64,000 nt of DNA from contig NW_019218038.1 of assembly GCF_002571385.2 (NCBI RefSeq), positions 251,274 to 315,273 of the forward strand, given 5' to 3'. Both the position numbers and the translations under genes were made by a program. The notes beneath the pieces are model-generated. The model made no database searches. It was given only the letters and a program-made list of their open reading frames with translations, and was not told the origin of the DNA. This DNA is from Stylophora pistillata (Eukaryota). Shown here in pieces: positions 1 through 11,214 of the stretch. Within the stretch, counting starts at the first letter, position 1. Each line of letters begins with the position of its first letter.

Positions 1-154
1 TATGGATGCACTTGGGAGGTTTGCTAAGCACTCAAGAAGCTAGAGTCGCAGTCGGCTATCGCATCGGGCGACTCTTACGCTTCTTTCGTGCTTAGCAACC
101 TCTCGCATGCATCTATAACTCAATAGTACACGCATGGCGTTCACCATTTGTTAA
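1..154. mobile_element. Partial palindromic hairpin core, same family as 31215-31403 (Crypton-like non-autonomous element)
   Basis: TATGGATGCACTTGGGAGGTTTGCTAAGCAC...CCATTTGTT is a slightly diverged reverse complement of the core at 31215-31403; cut by the window edge. Confidence 0.75.
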
Positions 155-295
155 TTTGTCTTTGTCGTCGTCGTTTACCTTACCACAACCGTTATCTTTA
201 CCGTTACCGTTATCGATACCCTAATAGTTAGCTCATCTTTATCGTTATAGTCATTAGTTTTCTCATTCGTTTAAGTCCTTGACCAATTGAGCTAA

Positions 296-661
296 CCGCC
301 TCCCGGTTAGCTCAATTGGTAGAGCGCCGGACTGTTGTGCGGGAGGTCGTGAGTTCAAATCCGGCCGGACCAACACTCAGGGTCTTTAATTAACTGAGAA
401 GAAAGTGCTGCCTTTGTAATAATATCTGCAAATGGTTAGACTTTCTAGTCTTCTCGGATAGGGACGATAAATGGAGGTCCCGTCTCCTGCAGGGTTGGGG
501 TAGGAGACGTTAATTTCCCACACACGAGATTACTGTGTGATGGATGTCCTCTCCGGGGTGGGATGGGTGGGTAAAAAAGGGATTAGGTGTCAATTGGAAC
601 GAAAGTTCTGTTCCTTTCTCCTGCCATTCCTGTGGCGAACAAATTAAACTAAACTAAACTT
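296..661 (+). mobile_element. tRNA-derived SINE with Nin/Deu-like central domain
   Basis: A box TAGCTCAATTGG, B box-like GAGTTCAAATCC, central TCTTCTCGGATAGGGACG...GGAGGTCCCGTCTCCTGC...GACGTTAA shared with 43640-44054, (AAACT)n tail. Confidence 0.85.
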
Positions 662-1657
662 TCATAACTGCCAACACGGTCGGTTGAGTTCTGAACACAA
701 TGTCTAGAAATTGGAAAAAAAAAAAAAAAAGCGAAACGTCGGCGAGAAACAGGGCGAGCTCGAGGAAGCGAAATATAATATCAACTTGTGGCCTTAACTG
801 CAGCCAAAAGAGGTGAATAAACATCGAACTCTTTTTTCTTTTTAGATACGGAGGGTCAATCAATACAAGAGAATACATACTATATTCTCTTTGCCATGCA
901 CTTTAGTCGCACTTTTAATTTTGAGGAGTTTCACCTTTTGTTTAAAGATGGAAAGGAAAATTCCATCAAAAGACGGAAAATCCCACAAATATTGTCTCCT
1001 TGACATTACGTTGGTGAGTTTGATGCAATTCTCGACATAAGAGTGACTAGGCAACAAGTCGCTGGTACACTTCGGAGGAACAAGATGCATTGATGCTTCG
1101 CCTTGTGTGACGCGAAGAGGTTTCTGAAACTGTCTCTATGTCTATGTATGATTTTGTCGCTACGATCAGTGGCACGAATTCCGATTTTTGTAAATCGTGT
1201 AAATTGTAAATCGTGTCTTCGAAACAGTACTGACGGAGCGACTTGTCGCAAAGACTTTAAGCACATAATCTGACAGGAGCAGTTTCTTTAAAATTCTCCA
1301 ATTATGTTACCAAACACAGAGGCAACAGAGAAAAGTCAAGTTAAACTACATAATACGTGCAGCTGTATCAAAAACGTCGCGTCTTTAAACAGAACCTTAA
1401 CTTACGCGTAAAATGAAACACATGACTGGAAAGACAATGACAAATTACGTGAAAGACATCTCAGTTGAGCCTCTGTTATTGTTTTCCCACCAACAATTTA
1501 GCGACGGCTATCAAAATTACGGCCCTCGGCATGATTCCGTACAAGCCAGACATTTTCTTCAGAATACGCCTATATTAAACTGATAATCATGAATTTCCGC
1601 GTACAGATCCAAAATAAGTCTTTCAATAGAAAAGTAATTTAAGAGGAACCAACTGAC

Positions 1658-1964
1658 CTTTGGTTGATTTTGGCTTGTTTCCTTTGTCTACGTTTTGGGT
1701 TCTGTAGTTTATCTTTACCAGTCGAAAGATCTCTCTCTCCATCTTATCACAGAACTTTGCTGAGTGTGATATCAGCCGATGATTTTCTTGTATCTTAAGT
1801 TCTTGGTGAATCAGCGCAATGAAACACAAAAGAGATAACAGCAAGCCTGACCCGGAACACAGTCGGTCCAATGTTTGTCTTCTGTTCGTCTCCCGCCTTT
1901 GATTTGCCTTCTTTTGCATTTGTACAGGTTGCATCTTCTGTTGCATGCTTACAACTTTCTGCAT
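1658..1964 (-). CDS. Exon 1 of a type II TM collagen-Ig family gene (copy C); downstream exons not found in the window
   Basis: MQKVVS...LDRLCSGSGLLLSLLCFIALIHQELKIQENHRLISHS...STKG: signal-anchor plus coiled coil, AAAG|GTCAGT donor; paralogous to 9052-9322 and 10946-11214. Confidence 0.7.
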
Positions 1965-2062
1965 GTTCCACTCTTTTTTTTCCACGCAAATGTAAATCTT
2001 GGTTTGTGTCCCAAGGTTTTCAAGATGAAATGCAGATGTGGGTGTTGCGATCAAATGATAAA

Positions 2063-3060
2063 ATAATCTCAAAAGTGACTGATCAGTGGCATGTTGTTGA
2101 TCGGATTCAGTTTCACAAGGTCGAGGTATGACGGGTTCTCTGGGTGGCTGGAAAAACAGTGTAAACTAGTCTGAAACTGTCAGAAGTCTATTCTCAACTT
2201 TGCTCCGCAATGAAAACAAAAACAAAGGAAAGAGACCTTTTTTTTGTATTCTTACAGTTACCCCAGCTTCTAGACACCCATGCGGCTTTGCATTCGTACA
2301 ATCACATCAGCCTATGCACAAACGACACACATCTGTCGCATCAAATTTTCACAATCTTACATTTTAAGTGGGAGCTTCCCGTAGGAGAATATAATGATGT
2401 CTAGGCAGACATAATCTGTCCGTAAACGCCCACTAGAATATCAAATGAGGCTTCTCTTATAAGAGATATTTATTCAACTAAGATTTTCAGAAGCTAAATT
2501 TAGAATTCCCTGGTGTGTTTGGCAGATATTGGGTAGAATTCTTGTGCAAAGAATAGCTAGAAATTTTAAGNATAATCTCAAAAGTGACTGATCAGTGGCA
2601 TGTTGTTGATCGGATTCAGTTTCACAAGGTCGAGGTATGACGGGTTCTCTGGGTGGCTGGAAAAACAGTGTAAACTAGTCTGAAACTGTCAGAAGTCTAT
2701 TCTCAACTTTGCTCCGCAATGAAAACAAAAACAAAGGAAAGAGACCTTTTTTTTGTATTCTTACAGTTACCCCAGCTTCTAGACACCCATGCGGCTTTGC
2801 ATTCGTACAATCACATCAGCCTATGCACAAACGACACACATCTGTCGCATCAAATTTTCACAATCTTACATTTTAAGTGGGAGCTTCCCGTAGGAGAATA
2901 TAATGATGTCTAGGCAGACATAATCTGTCCGTAAACGCCCACTAGAATATCAAATGAGGCTTCTCTTATAAGAGATATTTATTCAACTAAGATTTTCAGA
3001 AGCTAAATTTAGAATTCCCTGGTGCGTTTGGCAGATATTGGGAAGAATTCTTGTGCAAAG
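2063..3060. repeat. ~490-bp near-identical direct duplication split by a single N (2571); probable assembly or haplotype artefact
   Basis: 2063-2550 matches 2572-3060; identical 64-aa ORFs at 2210 and 2719. Confidence 0.85.
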
Positions 3061-3487
3061 GGTGTGTACATTTATCCACAGACTTTTATTGTGCTAATAC
3101 AGGAAACGTTTTCAAATTGTGTTGCAAAAAAAGTGATTACAACGAATTTGGTATTTTTTAAATATAAAACTGATTTCAAACAACTTTTGATTTAATTTTT
3201 GTTTTAGTTTTGCTTTAGTTCATTTTAGTTCCTTGTAGTTTGACGTGTTCCTTTGTGCAAAATCGCCATCGTTTCCCTTGCTTTTTTTTCAATTTTAGCT
3301 TACATTACCCAACGCGCTCAGAAAAGAAAACTGACACAAATTCTACTTTAATTTTTTTGTTACATTTTTGACCTACATGCAGTGTTGCCAGCTGTATAAG
3401 TCCAGTCTTAGTGCCCAGTTCTACTTCACTATGACATCAAAATTATTAAATTTGATAGTTAGCATATTAAGTTCATTCAATTGACAG

Positions 3488-3662
3488 TATGGGTCGTGAA
3501 GAAAAATCCCAGCTTAGTTTCATTCTTTTAACTCGACCTAAAGCGCTAAACAAACACAGCACAATTGTTACTACGTAGACTCAAGCGCGTTTGATCCTCA
3601 TTCCCTGGTTTTAATTTCTGGTGGGACAAGATAATGTGTGACTTGAACAGCTTCCCATGGCC
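3488..3662 (+). pseudogene. Decayed copy of the PAN/apple exon of the 12948 gene
   Basis: GTCGTGAAGAAAAATCCCAGCT...TTGATCCTCA...TTTTAATTTCTGGTGGGACAAG aligns by eye to about 13018-13185; stops and indels. Confidence 0.75.
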
Positions 3663-4314
3663 AAAAGTGTTACAATACCTCTTTTTACTAACAAATGTTT
3701 ACAACAAGGCTTAAAACAAATTAGAGCGCAGCTAAAGCTGATTGACTCCACAGTCTGTCATAGCTAGAAATTTTAAGGAGACAGGCGAGAAAACTTTCGC
3801 TCTTACAACTCTATAAACTATTCAAGTAAGTTAGATGGAATGTGTTCCAAACGTTCGAAAAGTAATTGATCACAAGACAAATTTTGTGATGGGCCAAATT
3901 ATTTATTTATTTTGTATTTTTGTAATTTTCTATTTTATAATTATAGTGTTTTTTAATTCATAATGGGCGGTGCCTCGCATGGGACTTTACGTCCCGTTCG
4001 CGCCTTCCCTTTTGGGTGCAGTTTTATCACAGTTTCTCTTCTGTTTTCTATTTGTTATTGTATCATTGTACTTTTGCCTTGTTCAAATATTTATCTGATA
4101 TGCCCAATAAAGTCGTTTAAAAAAAAATAAATAAAAAATAAAAAATAGCTACACTACAGTCATAACCTCATCATTTTTACTTCGGTAATAAAAAGGAAAA
4201 TATTTTTAATAAATACTTCTTACATCACTATTGATCTAATGACTTAAAATTCTGACTTAGAAGCTCGAATTTTAACCTTTAAAGCCTTACCTTAATTGTT
4301 CCTAAGTAAAATCC

Positions 4315-6461
4315 TTATGCCATTCCAAAACATTTAATTTTCCCCAGAGTATGATATCCTTCCTCAGATCCTATAACGTCACCAAACCTGAGCTGTTTTA
4401 CTAGAAGAGTTGTCTTGTCAGTGCAAAGACCGCTGTCCTCACGCCATACTGCGTCATTCCTATCACAGTAGGGACTTAAAGATACAGGAACGCGGACGTC
4501 GCGAAAGAGAACCGGAAGTAAAATAACACCTGAGAGCTTCATTGCGCATGACCAAAAGTCAGATATGCTGCGTTGTTGCTGGCGACGGACGTCACTAGAG
4601 GGCTTTTCGCGTCGCTGATAACACGTGAGTAAATTGGTGGTCTTTTTGGTTTCTACAGACCTTTTAATTAACAGTACCTGTATTATTTTGGATGTTTAAG
4701 AATCTTCTTTGTTATTTTTTATTTAAAAAGTCGGTTGCTGAGTCATAATCATAAACAGCAGTGTAAATATAACACTGTAGTGTCAGTACAACCTAAACCA
4801 AAATGTGCAAAAATGGCTCAAATCTCGTTAAAACACAGCAGAATGGCAAGAAATTTAACACTAAGCAATCCCGGTAAAAACCTCTGTTCTGTGAATTAAT
4901 CATACATTGACTGATTTAATTTTCAGTTGCTGATCTCGGTTATAAATTACAGTTGGATCTAGCCGGGAATGGCTTCGAAGCCCAAGTAAAATCATGATCA
5001 TGTCAGAGTAGCGACAAGGGTAGGCAAATCGCTTGAGAAGGATACAAAGGCCTTCGGTTCCAGGACATACTGTTCCTTGATCTTATTTAAATATAGCAGG
5101 AATTTGCAGTGCATCTTCAAGGCAAGATGTGTGATGCTTCTCTACCCTTAAATTGGCTAAACACTCGGCTCCATTTTGGTCCCGGCAAAGAAAATTTCGA
5201 ATACTCTTGGTAAGGAAAGTCCAAATTATCCGACTTGTTCTCCTCATAAAGCAGCAAGAATTCTGCATCAGTAATAAAGCCCATTGCACGACTTATACAC
5301 AGCAGTTCTCGAGTTTCCCTGAAAGAAGCCATATTAAACTCGAAAAAATCGCCGCGTCGCTCGCAAACTGAAGAACCTTAACTTAATTTTCTCGCCACGA
5401 ACGCGGTGCACTCGACCCAGGCTCTCTTCGACGGTCGCGTACTTCAAGGCGTCCGCGTCCCCGTATCTTAAAGTCCCTAGTTACAGTGAAACCTGGCGTC
5501 TGCACAGGAGTTAGTCATCCCGCATGCGCACTTACCACTGATAGGTGATGCTCCACCCTAGTACGTCATCTTAGCAGAGTCACGTGACACCCACCATGCG
5601 TATCCTCCTCCCATCCCTCATAATAGCACTGAATGATGACATTCATATTTGATAAACTGTTCACAGTGTGAGGAGGCTCTGGTGAGACTCGCCAGCTGAG
5701 ACAGACTCGTTCCGGTGTAATGAATGTCACGTGAATAACACCCTCGATTATCACATCCTTTACACGCGTTCTACTTTCACTGTCGTGACCGATGACTGTT
5801 ACGCCAACTCTATTCCTCTCACTCATGTCGCAGTATACTGTGAAAGGTGCCAGTCCTCCGATCCAACGCCGTCCGGATCAATGACGTAATTTCTACTGAC
5901 TCTACTGACGTACTTTCTTATCACAAAACAAGACGTTGCAATAAAGGGAGAATTCATTTTGACTTTGGCTTCTAATGCTGTCAGACCATTGGTCGCTTTA
6001 CAAGTGTAAGATCTTTGCTGTGATTTCTTGCTGTTATTTACAATCCGAGTTCCTTTTTGTAGAACTGTGGCCTCAACAACAAGTGAAGACATGCCATCCA
6101 TTGTCCAGGTGACTGTAGTCACTAGATCACTCTCGGCCTGAAAATGAAAACGAACACTTGAACCAATCACAGGAGTGATTTCTTGAAGAGGACGGGCTTT
6201 GAACTTCAGAGGAGAAAATACCATGAGATGAGCAGTGTCTGTCGCTGATCCCAAAATATTCTCTGCCTTACAGATGTATATTCCACCATCCTTTCTCACC
6301 AAACTGTAGATCTTCCATGTTCCATTCCTCACTTCAGTCCTTTATTCTGGCAAACTACCCATTGACTTAGACCACGTGACTATTGGCCAAGTCTGACCAA
6401 CAGTATTGCCGGCAATGGTGACGTTTTGTTTCACTGGATGAATACAAAAGTTTAGGGAAGA
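4315..6461 (-). pseudogene. Ig-Ig + Caspr-type fibrinogen-like terminal exon, disrupted by stops, frameshifts and a Harbinger insertion
   Basis: CCACAG acceptor at 6462; Ig motifs DGGIYICKAEN and SYTCKATN; YVIDPDG, GVTVIGHDSE, WREDSG..TDKT.L.VKQLRFGD..EEGYHTLGKIKCFGMA*; in-frame TAA near 6342 and frameshifts. Confidence 0.8.
4470..5478 (-). mobile_element. Internally deleted PIF/Harbinger DNA transposon
   Basis: ~30-bp imperfect TIRs AGGGACTT(A/T)AAGATAC..., 3-bp TSD AGT (4467-4469 and 5479-5481); removal restores C-N-C-D codons. Transposase N-terminal relic MASFRETRELL...EFLLLYEENKSDNLDFPY...EGLCILLKRFAYPCRYSDMI at about 4990-5332. Confidence 0.85.
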
Positions 6462-6665
6462 CTGTGGAAAAATGGAAAATTCAATTTATCTCTAAGATCT
6501 GTAAACACTGGAATCTACATTACTATTATAAGTATCATGACACCCAATATCTAGCCTAAATTAATAGATCAAATAAAAAAAACAGGAATTTCATCTTTTA
6601 TGAATCGTGGTTCAGCTTTGGAAGCTTCAATTTGCTTCTGGCAAGCAATGTCTCACAGTGTCTCN

Positions 6666-7143
6666 GCAGTCGGTCTCTTTGAATTATTCAATCACTTGAT
6701 AATCAAACCATGCACCCTATGGGAGAAATAACTTAAACTACATAAATATATATAATAGAACGGTTCATACTGTAGATTAAACGCAAAATTTAGCCCTAAC
6801 ATGCTTTTTCACGCAAAACTTAGACGGGTATATTCGCTTGGTCATGCTTGCATGCTCCCATTCTCGTAGACACAGAGACAAATGCATTAATTCTAAGTAG
6901 TGAATTAGACTTATATCACTCCGTTTAAAAATGATAACAATAAACGAAAGCTAAATCCTTGAATTACGGAAAGGATGGTTATTATCAAAGTTGATGCGGG
7001 AAATTCGTAATTCCTGACCTTCATTGTTGACTTTGTTGAGATAGCAAACCCTGCTCAAGTTTTCCCCCCTAACTCCTTGCGCTCTTTTCGCATTTGATAT
7101 ACATCAATCATTTTGACTTACATGCAGCGTTTCCATTTATATC
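6666..7143. repeat. ~480-bp segment duplicated at 9820-10296
   Basis: GCAGTCGGTCTCTTTG...CATTTATATC with few differences; this copy starts right after a single N (6665). Confidence 0.85.
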
Positions 7144-7689
7144 AGTCCAATCCTAGTACCCAGTTCTACTTCGCTGTGGCATTAAAATATTAAATTTGAC
7201 ATTTAGTTGATCTTTCCTTAGAGTAATTTTTCAATCCAATAAAACCAAGCCTCTTGCTATTTCCTCAACTGCCAGAGGATGGTTTCTGATTAGGCAATTG
7301 AGGTAATGTGTTGAGCAAAAAATTCTATAATTAAAAGAAAATAAAGTTTTTTTACACCAAGCACTATGAAGGAATATTGCCTATGAAAAAAAAAATTAAA
7401 ACTGTTTAGCTTCTCACCATACTAAAAAATGATCCGTTGAGTTGATAATAGAGCCCTAATATGTAAAAGTTTGTAGTAAGATAAAGGTTGATTTCACAGA
7501 GGATCGAGGTACAATACTTAATTCAAAATGAGTGATGCAAGATCTTATTAGTTTTTGCCATAACATTTTAATTTTCCTAAAGTGTGATATCTTATGTCTC
7601 CCGACGAATATCCAGTTTCTCCAAGGCTAAGCAGTTTAAATTTTTTGTGTATAATTTCTTGTTACTCAAGACACTCTATATTCACCTTT

Positions 7690-8165
7690 TTCAAGTCAGG
7701 AAGAGTCGTCTTGTCAGTGAGATGACCGCTGTCCTCACTGCGATAGGAATGACACATTGTCATTCCTATCGCAGTTGCAACCATACCTGGAGTCTGCGCA
7801 TGAGTTGGTCATCCCGCATGCGCACTTAACACTGCCAGGTGACGCTCCGCCCCAGTACAACATCTTAGTCGAGTCACGTTACACCCACCAACCGTAAACC
7901 CCGTGCCCCAACAGCACTGAATATTTACACTCGTACCTAATGAATTGTTCACAGTGAGAGGAGACTTTGGTGAGACTCGCTAACTGGGACAGACTCGCTC
8001 CGGTGTAATGAATGTGACGTGAGTGACTTCCCGGATATTTATAACCATCAACAAGCGTTCTACCTTCACTGTCGTGACCAATGAATGTCACGCCAACTCC
8101 ATTCTCGTCTTTCATGTCGCAGTATACTGTATATACATGTAGCAGTATACTGTAAAAGGTGACAA
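7690..8165 (-). pseudogene. Caspr-type fibrinogen-like domain fragment
   Basis: YCDMKDENGVGVTFIGHDSEGRT...CEQFIRYECKYS...GWWV* with a stop, small duplications, and a SINE at its 5' side. Confidence 0.75.
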
Positions 8166-8168
8166 TTC

Positions 8169-8275
8169 TGAGCTCCCGATTAGCTCAATGGATAGAGCGC
8201 TGGACTGTTGTGTGGGAGGTCGAGGGTTCGAGCCCCGGCCGGAACAACACTAAGGGTCTTAAAATAATTTAGAAG
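8169..8275 (+). mobile_element. 5' part of a tRNA-SINE (same family as 296-661)
   Basis: TAGCTCAATGG...GGTTCGAGCCC...AACACTAAGGGTCTTAAAATAA; ends near the N at 8281. Confidence 0.8.
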
Positions 8276-8281
8276 AATTTN

Positions 8282-8846
8282 TCCTTTAAAATCAGTGCAC
8301 CATTAGACTCTACCACGTGACGTCCAATAGGAAGCACTGAGTTCACCTTTTCCCACAAGACTTTTGGGCTTGGACTACCAACCGCTGTACATTTTAACAT
8401 GGCTGTCTGACTTTCATTGACTGTCATTCCAACAGGACGCTCTATCAGAGATGGCGCTGAGATGGACTTACCCGGCTCACCCTTGGCTCCCTTAACTCCC
8501 GGCGGTCCTGACGGTCCAAAGGCACCGGGATTCCCCGGTAATCCGACATCTCCCTTTATTCCCATCGGTCCTGCAGATCCAATAGGTCCATGTTTACCAG
8601 GAGGTCCCTCTAAACCAGTTCTCCCGGGAGGACCTGGTTTCCCTCGGAGTCCCGGTCTTCCTCGTCGTCCCTTGTTACCTTTCGGTCCTGGACGGCATAG
8701 AGTGTGATCTTTAGCACAGACTTGGTTTTGCAACAAATTAAATTCTTGTTTTATCAGAGTTATTACTACGGAGGATGTCAGGGAGGACTTTTGTTTAAGA
8801 TTTTCGACTGAAGAACGCTTTTGTCTTGATATGATCTCTTCGTGAC
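8282..8846 (-). CDS. Exon 2 of collagen-Ig gene copy B: furin site, coiled coil, Gly-X-Y collagen, first Ig domain
   Basis: TTCCAG acceptor, phase-compatible with exon 1; RQKR; ~25 uninterrupted GXY triplets; Ig start SAPSLIERP...[17 protein letters not shown]. Frame is open up to the gap, but exon 1 carries a stop. Confidence 0.75.
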
Positions 8847-9051
8847 CTGGAATCAAAATTGAAAATAATTAAGTACATTATAAGTCAGTCACGTCACTCG
8901 TGGGTTGATTCGGGCACATGAACCACTTTGCTGGGCTGCAATAAGATTGTAATTAGGTAAAGGTAAGTCAGATACCCAATTTTGAAATATCTGATCATTG
9001 CAATGACCTAGATTGCATTAGACTTAAACAATGGAAAATTGATTCTGTTAC

Positions 9052-9322
9052 CTTTGGTCGCATGCCAATGGCTTTTCGTGGCAACAGCTTGCTTTCGTAT
9101 AATACTCTCCTGAACGTTTAGCAAGATTTCTCTCTCCACCTTATCCTACGAATCTCGTGTGAATAATATCAGACGATGATTTTCTTGTATTCTGAGTTCT
9201 TGGTGAATTAGCACGATGCAACAGACAAAAGACAGCAGTAGACCTGACCCCGAACATATGCGGTCCAGCGTTTGTCGTGAAGTTCTCTTTGACTGCTTCC
9301 ACTCTTTATCTTCGCGTTTCAT
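9052..9322 (-). pseudogene. Exon 1 of collagen-Ig gene copy B (type II TM) with an in-frame TAG
   Basis: MKREDKEW...LDRICSGSGLLLSFVCCIVLIHQELRIQENHRL...DS*DKVEREIL...TKG then GTAAC donor. Confidence 0.75.
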
Positions 9323-10296
9323 TATTACGACCCCTGTAATTAGTTCTTAAGGTACTGTAGCTTAAGATCATAGATTTGATCAGTAAATAAATGTTGTTCC
9401 TTTAGTCTTGTAGCGACCAACACGTAAACTCAATCAGAAAGTTCCTGTTTAGTAGCTGTGTGGAAAACAGCTGGGTGTAAATTGACCCTCTTTCGAGGTA
9501 AAGATGACAGACTTGCCTGTGCTTGTTATAAAGGGAGTTTCAGTTTCGCAAGTATATTTAAGTATATAATTAGCACCACTGGTCAAAGGAGTTAATATCC
9601 CAGACAACTCCCTGATTAAATATCTTGTGTTCATACATAGCTGTAGAAAAAGAGAGGTGAGCAGTCGAGTCAGTATTAGCGTCATTCACCTCAAAAGCAC
9701 TCCACTTTCTTATCCTTAATTCACTTAACCTGCTTTCGCAAAACTGGAGGCCAGTAATTTAGGCTAACACATAACAGCCACAAGTTGCACTTAGCTGATC
9801 TCTGTTAGGCGCCTTACTCGCAGTCGGTCTCTTTGAATTATTCACTCACTTGATAATAAAACCATGCACCCTATGGGAGAAATAACTTAAACTACATAAA
9901 TATATATAATAGAACGGTTCATACTGTAGATTAAACGCAAAATTTAGCCCTAACATGCTTTTTCACGCAAAACTTAGACGGGTATATTCGCTTGGTCATG
10001 CTTGCATGCTCCCATTCTCGTAGACACAGAGACAAATGCATTAATTCTAAGTAGTGAATTAGACTTATATCACTCTGTTTAAAAATGATAACAATAAACG
10101 AAAACTAAATCCTTGAATTACGGAAAGGACGGTTATTATTAAAGTTGATGCGGGAAATTCGTAATTCTTGAACTTCATTGCTGACTTTGTTGAGATGGCA
10201 AACCCTGCTCAAGTTTCCCCCATAACTCCTTGCGCTCTTTTCGCATTTGATATACATCAATCATTTTGACTTACATGCAGCGTTTCCATTTATATC

Positions 10297-11214
10297 GGAC
10301 GACCACGGCGACGACCACGTGATGTTTGGCCTTGGGTTACCATTCGCAGTACATTTCAACATGGCTGTCTGACTTTCATCGACGGTCATTTCAACAGGTT
10401 ACTCTATCAGAGTTGGTGTTGAGAGAGAGTGGCCCGGCTTACCTTTAGCTCCCTTCTCTCCCGGTGGCCCTTGCAGTCCCATCGGACCAGGGTTACACGG
10501 TAATCCGACATCCCCCTTTATTCCCATCGACCAATAAGGTCCTATTGGTCCACGTTTACCAGGTAGCCCTCCTAGACCAGTTCTTCCGGGAGGACCCAGT
10601 CTCCCTCGGGTTCCTGGTCTTCTTCATCTTCCTCTGTTACCTTTTGGTCCTGCGCGGCAAAGTGTATAATTTTTCGCACAGATTTGGTTTTGTAGCAGAG
10701 TAAGCTCTAGTTTGATCAGCCTTTGTACAACAGAAGATGTTGGGGAAGAGTTTTGTTGTAAATTATCCCGTGTAAAGCGTTTCTTTCTCAATATGGCGTC
10801 CTGTCCGTCTGAAGATATCAAAGATTGGCAGTTTCCCATGTTCATTGGCATCATCATGTGTCATTTGAACAAAAACGCGCCTTAAACACTGATATAACCG
10901 ACTGGGAACGCGAGAATAGATGATTGGTAACATAGCTAAACTTACCACTGGTAACTTCTTCCTTTAGCTTCCTCGTATCGTCAAGTCGCCTACGAGCGTA
11001 ATTCTTTTATACCTTCCGTATGATCTCTGTCCCTATCTTATCACAGAACTTTGCTGAGTGCGATATCAGTAGATGATGTTTTATTTTTAGTTCCACGTTA
11101 ATCCACGCGACACAGCACTGACAAAAGAGACAACAGCAAGCGCCACCCGGAACACAAGCGCTCTAACAGCTGTGTTCTGTTCATTTGCTTTTGTGTTTTT
11201 CCATGTTGTTTCAT
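10297..11214 (-). pseudogene. Collagen-Ig gene copy A (exon 1 10946-11214; exon 2 about 10297-10810), frameshifted and truncated
   Basis: LERLCSGWRLLLSLL; GTAAG donor; RKKR furin site, LLQNQICAKNYTLCRAGPKG, degraded GXY, Ig start cut off at the 9820-10296 duplication. Confidence 0.75.

Noticed and set aside
300-375. tRNA gene (also 8173-8245, 43641-43712, 35860-35933)
   Set aside because: A and B boxes are present but there is no proper cloverleaf, and each continues into a SINE body.
2210-2913. Two identical 64-aa ORFs as tandem genes
   Set aside because: They are by-products of the N-split duplication and have no protein features.
8417-8707. Plus-strand Gly/Pro-rich ORF
   Set aside because: Antisense shadow of the collagen exon.
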